Below, in pieces: positions 60,134 to 64,000 of a DNA stretch of 64,000 nucleotides (within the stretch, counting starts at the first letter, position 1; each line of letters opens with the position of its first letter). The DNA comes from Hypanus sabinus (lineage: Eukaryota), in the NCBI RefSeq assembly GCF_030144855.1, contig NC_082730.1, positions 4,030,001 through 4,094,000 on the forward strand, given 5' to 3'. Made by a program: the position numbers and the translations under genes. Below the pieces are notes generated by a model. The model worked only from the letters and a program-made list of their open reading frames with translations, was not told where the DNA came from and did not search any database.

Positions 60134-61548
60134 GCTCCAGGCACAGCCCTGCAGTGGATTCAGTGACCAGCATCTCAATGTGGAGAAGCCATCCAAAGTG
60201 AGACAGAGAGAGATACTGTAGGGAAACTGTACCTTCAAATCTCTGAGTCTATGCTAACCATCAACCACCTGTTTACACTCATCCTACATTAATGGTGTCT
60301 GGTCCAGACAGCATTCCTGGCCAAGTACTAAAGATCTGTGTGGTCCAACTAGCAGGAGTATTTAGCACTTTCTTTACTGTGCATCCGCACATGGTTGGGA
60401 ACGGGTTTAGAACCAGAGAAGCTGCCCCAAAGACACTCTGATCCATTTTTTTAAAATCTCACCGTCTCCATCATATGAGACCGGAGATAGAAGCAGTCAG
60501 CAGTTCAGGACACTTTGTTGAATGAGAAAAAGCCAACATTTCAGGTCAAAGTCTCTACATTAGAACTGTGGAGAAGAAAAATTCTGTAGGGGGTCTCTTT
60601 GATAGGGTGCCATGGGGATAAGCTGGCTACGGGATTATCTGGTCAATGAGTGGCAACAGTTGGAACAGGGAGAACATGGACAAAAGGACATTGAGCAGAA
60701 TGTATAGACGTGAACTGTAAAACAGGAAGCCTGGTCCGGTAGGTCAGGCTGGACACCATCTCCACCACCACATCCAGCTAGATTCTCTTACACCCTTCTT
60801 AAGCCAGTCACCCCTAGTGGGGCACAGGCTGTTGACAGCAGCTCACTCGAGACCTCTATCCATCTAAACAGGAAATTCTGTCTCTCTAGGACACCAGAAA
60901 CCTGCCCAGAAACTGTAGCATTGGACTGTACACCCTTTTGCTCCAAGGTCTTATCAGAGGAGGAGAGTCCTCAGAGACAGACTCAAACTGCGACTCCACA
61001 CTCACCACCTCACACTGGAGGTCCAGGCAACAGGTGAGGGTCGGACAGTGCAGTGTGTACAGGAGCAGCCGGTGGAAGGAACCCCCTGGGGACGGGAGGT
61101 GCGGCCTGTGGGACATTTCCCAGAGACGGAACAATTTGTGCTGAACCAGCTCTGTATGAGAGCTTGGGGACCCAGGTCCAGTGACAATTCAGTCTGAGTG
61201 GTGGTCACCTTGAGTCTGAACAGCCGACAACCTGACCCCTGCACACCCACAGTGAGGGTATCCCAGTGTCTGACCCCAAACCTCCATGAATATGTCTGTG
61301 ACCACACCCGACCACTGATATCTGGCTGCAGGTTGAAACTTCATTTCTCAGGGCTGGGGGCAGAGAGTTTTGAGCCCTGATGAAGGGTCTCAGCATGAAA
61401 CAAAAGGAACTTTGTGTTGTCTGTCTCACAGGGCTGGGAGCAACATGATGGGCCGAATGTCTTTTTCCAGTGTCTTTGATTTTCCCAGGACTGATTCCAC
61501 TTCCAATCTCTGACCTCACCTATGGACTGTCTTGTCTTGTCTCCTCAG

Positions 61549-61872
61549 CTGGGACTGCGGTTCCCCCAACCACTGTGACCGGAACTCAGGGACATTCGGT
61601 CTCCTTACATCCTGGGATCCCAGTCGGACCGGACATTACTGAGGTTGAGTGGAGTCGGGTATGGCCCAGAAACAGGATTGTGAAGTACTCGAATGGGAAC
61701 ATTGACTACAGTAGTAATGAGCTGTACAAGAACAGGATAACCTTTCATTCTGGGAACATCAGTCTGGAAATCCATGATCTACGGAGAAATGACTCTGGTG
61801 AATATATTGGGATTTTTACAGCTGCAAGTTCAGGAGATGAAAGTAATACAACAGTGCGACTGGAGGTGTACG
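61549..61872 (+). CDS. SLAM/CD2-family receptor gene 3, IgV exon
   Basis: Same acceptor as gene 2, donor TACG|gtgagt, 324 nt, open. 89 of 108 residues are identical to the gene 2 V domain by hand count. Confidence 0.92.
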
Positions 61873-64000
61873 GTGAGTGAGACCAGTCCCTGAAACACCC
61901 CTAATGGATGGGTGAGGGCAGATCCTCTGTGTTTCTCTGTTTACTGAACCCCACTGACTACCCGTGGCTGGGGCTGGGCTCACGGTTCCAGTGTAGTGAG
62001 TCTGGAGGATACACCCGCCACATCCACAGAGGCGGAGTCAGGAGCCGGGAGGGATTGAACCAACAATGGGGAATCTCATGTGTCTGAGACTGAGGGAGCT
62101 CAGCACACAGGGAGAATGGACTTGATGTGAATGGGCTGGACAGTCTGTATCTGTGGGTCTCAGTTGCACACTCTACCCCAGGTGAAAGGCCTGGTCTGTC
62201 CTGTTCAGGGATCCCAGCTATCCCATCTGTTTAACAGGACACTGCTTGTTTATTCCCACAGACTGAGGTCTGAGCTCAGCAAAGTGTTTATTCCTCAGCC
62301 TTCATGCTGTGCTGTGCTGAGTGAGACCCTGTGTATTCATTACACTGAATATAGTGTCCCAGTGAGTGACACATGGAGGGAAGGGAAATGGTTTTGTGAC
62401 ACTTCCTCCTGTGTGTGTCCAGAACGTGGTGTGGGACATGGAGTGGTGGGAGTTGTGGATGTGGCAGTAGAGCAGAGCAAGGTGTTACTCAGGGAGAAAC
62501 TGGTCAAAATATGTAAGAAAGAGGGAAGGGAGTGGAATGTAAGTCTGAGGATAGTGTAAACTAAGTGGGTAAAGTTACTCAAAGGTATTCTAAAGGACCA
62601 AGCATAAAAAGTATTTGGATTGGGAGATAGTTGAAATGTCTCTCTAGATTTTTGAGGAGGCTATCGGAAAGTTGATGAAGGAAAAGCAGTTAAATTTGTC
62701 TACATGGACTTTAACAATGTCCTGCATGGGATGTTGGTGAAGAATGTTTATTGCCTTGGCATTCAGGTTGAGGTTGCAAATTGTATTCGACATTGGATTT
62801 GCAGGTGATCTACAAGATGGTTGTCTCTCTGATTGGAGGACTGTGATTAGTGAAATGCCTCAAGGATTGGTGCTGGGTCCTTATTTGTTATCTCTATCAG
62901 CAATCTGGATGACAATGTGGTTAACTGGATCATCAAATTTGAGGATGACACTGATTGGGTGTACGGTAAGGAAGACTATCAAAGTCTTTAGCGGGATCTG
63001 GACCAGCAAGAATAATGAGCTGAAAATTGGCAGTTTCAATTTGATGCAGACGAGTACAAAGCCTTGACCCTTGGGAAGTAAACCAGGGTGGAACTTAAAT
63101 AATGACCAGTCAGGTACTGAAGAGTGTAGTAGAATAGAGAGATCTTGGAATACAGAACAATAAATTCTTGAAAGTGTTGTCACAGTCAGATAGGGTCATA
63201 AAAAAAGCTTCTGGCACGTTGCCATTCATAAATCAAAGGATTGAGTCCAGGAGTTGCAATGTTATGTTGAAATTTTATAAGACCTTGGAGAGGATTAATT
63301 TGGAGTATTTGTGCAATTCCTGTCACCTATGTACAGGAAAGGTATCAATTCGATTGAACGAGTGCAGAGTATCAGGACTTGAGGACCTGAGTTATAGGGG
63401 AAGGTGGGGGAATTTCAAGGTGCAGGTGGAAGTATTGGAACCAGGTTCAATTTCAATGTCTAACTGAAACTTGAATAAATATTGGGAGGGATGTTAAAGA
63501 CTTTGTCCAGATGTGGATCAATGGGGCTAGGTATAGACTAGATGGACTGAAGGATCTGTTTAGCCACTGCAATGCTCTATGATTCAATGTAGTCTCATTG
63601 AAAGGACCAGGAAGCATAGATGTTGATCCACTGAAGGTGGAGACCAGTGGGGTCGAAGGAAAGGGCCAGAGGAAACATATCCTTGCTTTCGGTGGGAGAG
63701 GGTGTGAGAACAGAGACGTAAGAAATGGAACAGGTTCTCAGGGCCTCACACCTTCATCATAATCTGGGCAGGCAGAGTGGAGATTGACAGATTGCAGAAT
63801 AGAATGGGCTGTGTCTTGTGTTGGACCAGATTCAAGACAGCTCTGGGCTGGGGCTCACTCAGGTTTTAGGCTTTGCAGGGATTCAGGGACCACACAGAGG
63901 AGGAACAAAAGACATGGAAATGGAGAGAATTTCTGGAATAGAGCGCTATAAACAGGACATGATGGAGAGTTTGTAGATGAGTGTGGGTTGTGTTTGGGAA

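Larger units (their letters stand above)
53781..64000 (+). repeat. Segmental duplication unit B (paralogous to 18204-33950)
   Basis: See unit A. Homology runs to the window end. Confidence 0.9.

Overview
Eukaryotic, repeat-dense vertebrate DNA. The CR1, Rex1, Penelope and Tc1 repeat families look like those of cartilaginous fish, probably a batoid ray; this is inferred from repeat style only. The only host genes I can support are a + strand tandem array of three paralogous CD2/SLAM-family Ig receptors, reconstructed exon by exon. Gene 1 shows only its TM exon (1838-1987) and cytoplasmic exon (2130-2266). Gene 2 has V (30515-30838), C2 (34152-34439), TM (37257-37406) and cytoplasmic (37570-37808) exons, all in frame, but I could not find a leader exon for it. 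Gene 3 has a leader (52374-52428) and a V exon (61549-61872) and continues past the window. Genes 1 and 2 both have a GC-AG intron before an ITIM-bearing tail. The two V domains differ mostly at non-synonymous sites. The rest is nested transposons: a near full-length CR1 holding a hAT element that holds two solo LTRs; a full-length RNase H-bearing Nimb/I-clade LINE capped by a perfect (AGCCCTT)22 array; an RT-deleted L1 with an 11-bp TSD whose empty site survives in the paralogous unit; a truncated Gypsy element that supplies the stop codon of gene 2; and Rex1, Penelope, Tc1 and minisatellite pieces. All alignments, counts and coordinates were done by eye. Repeat boundaries without a TSD are approximate.
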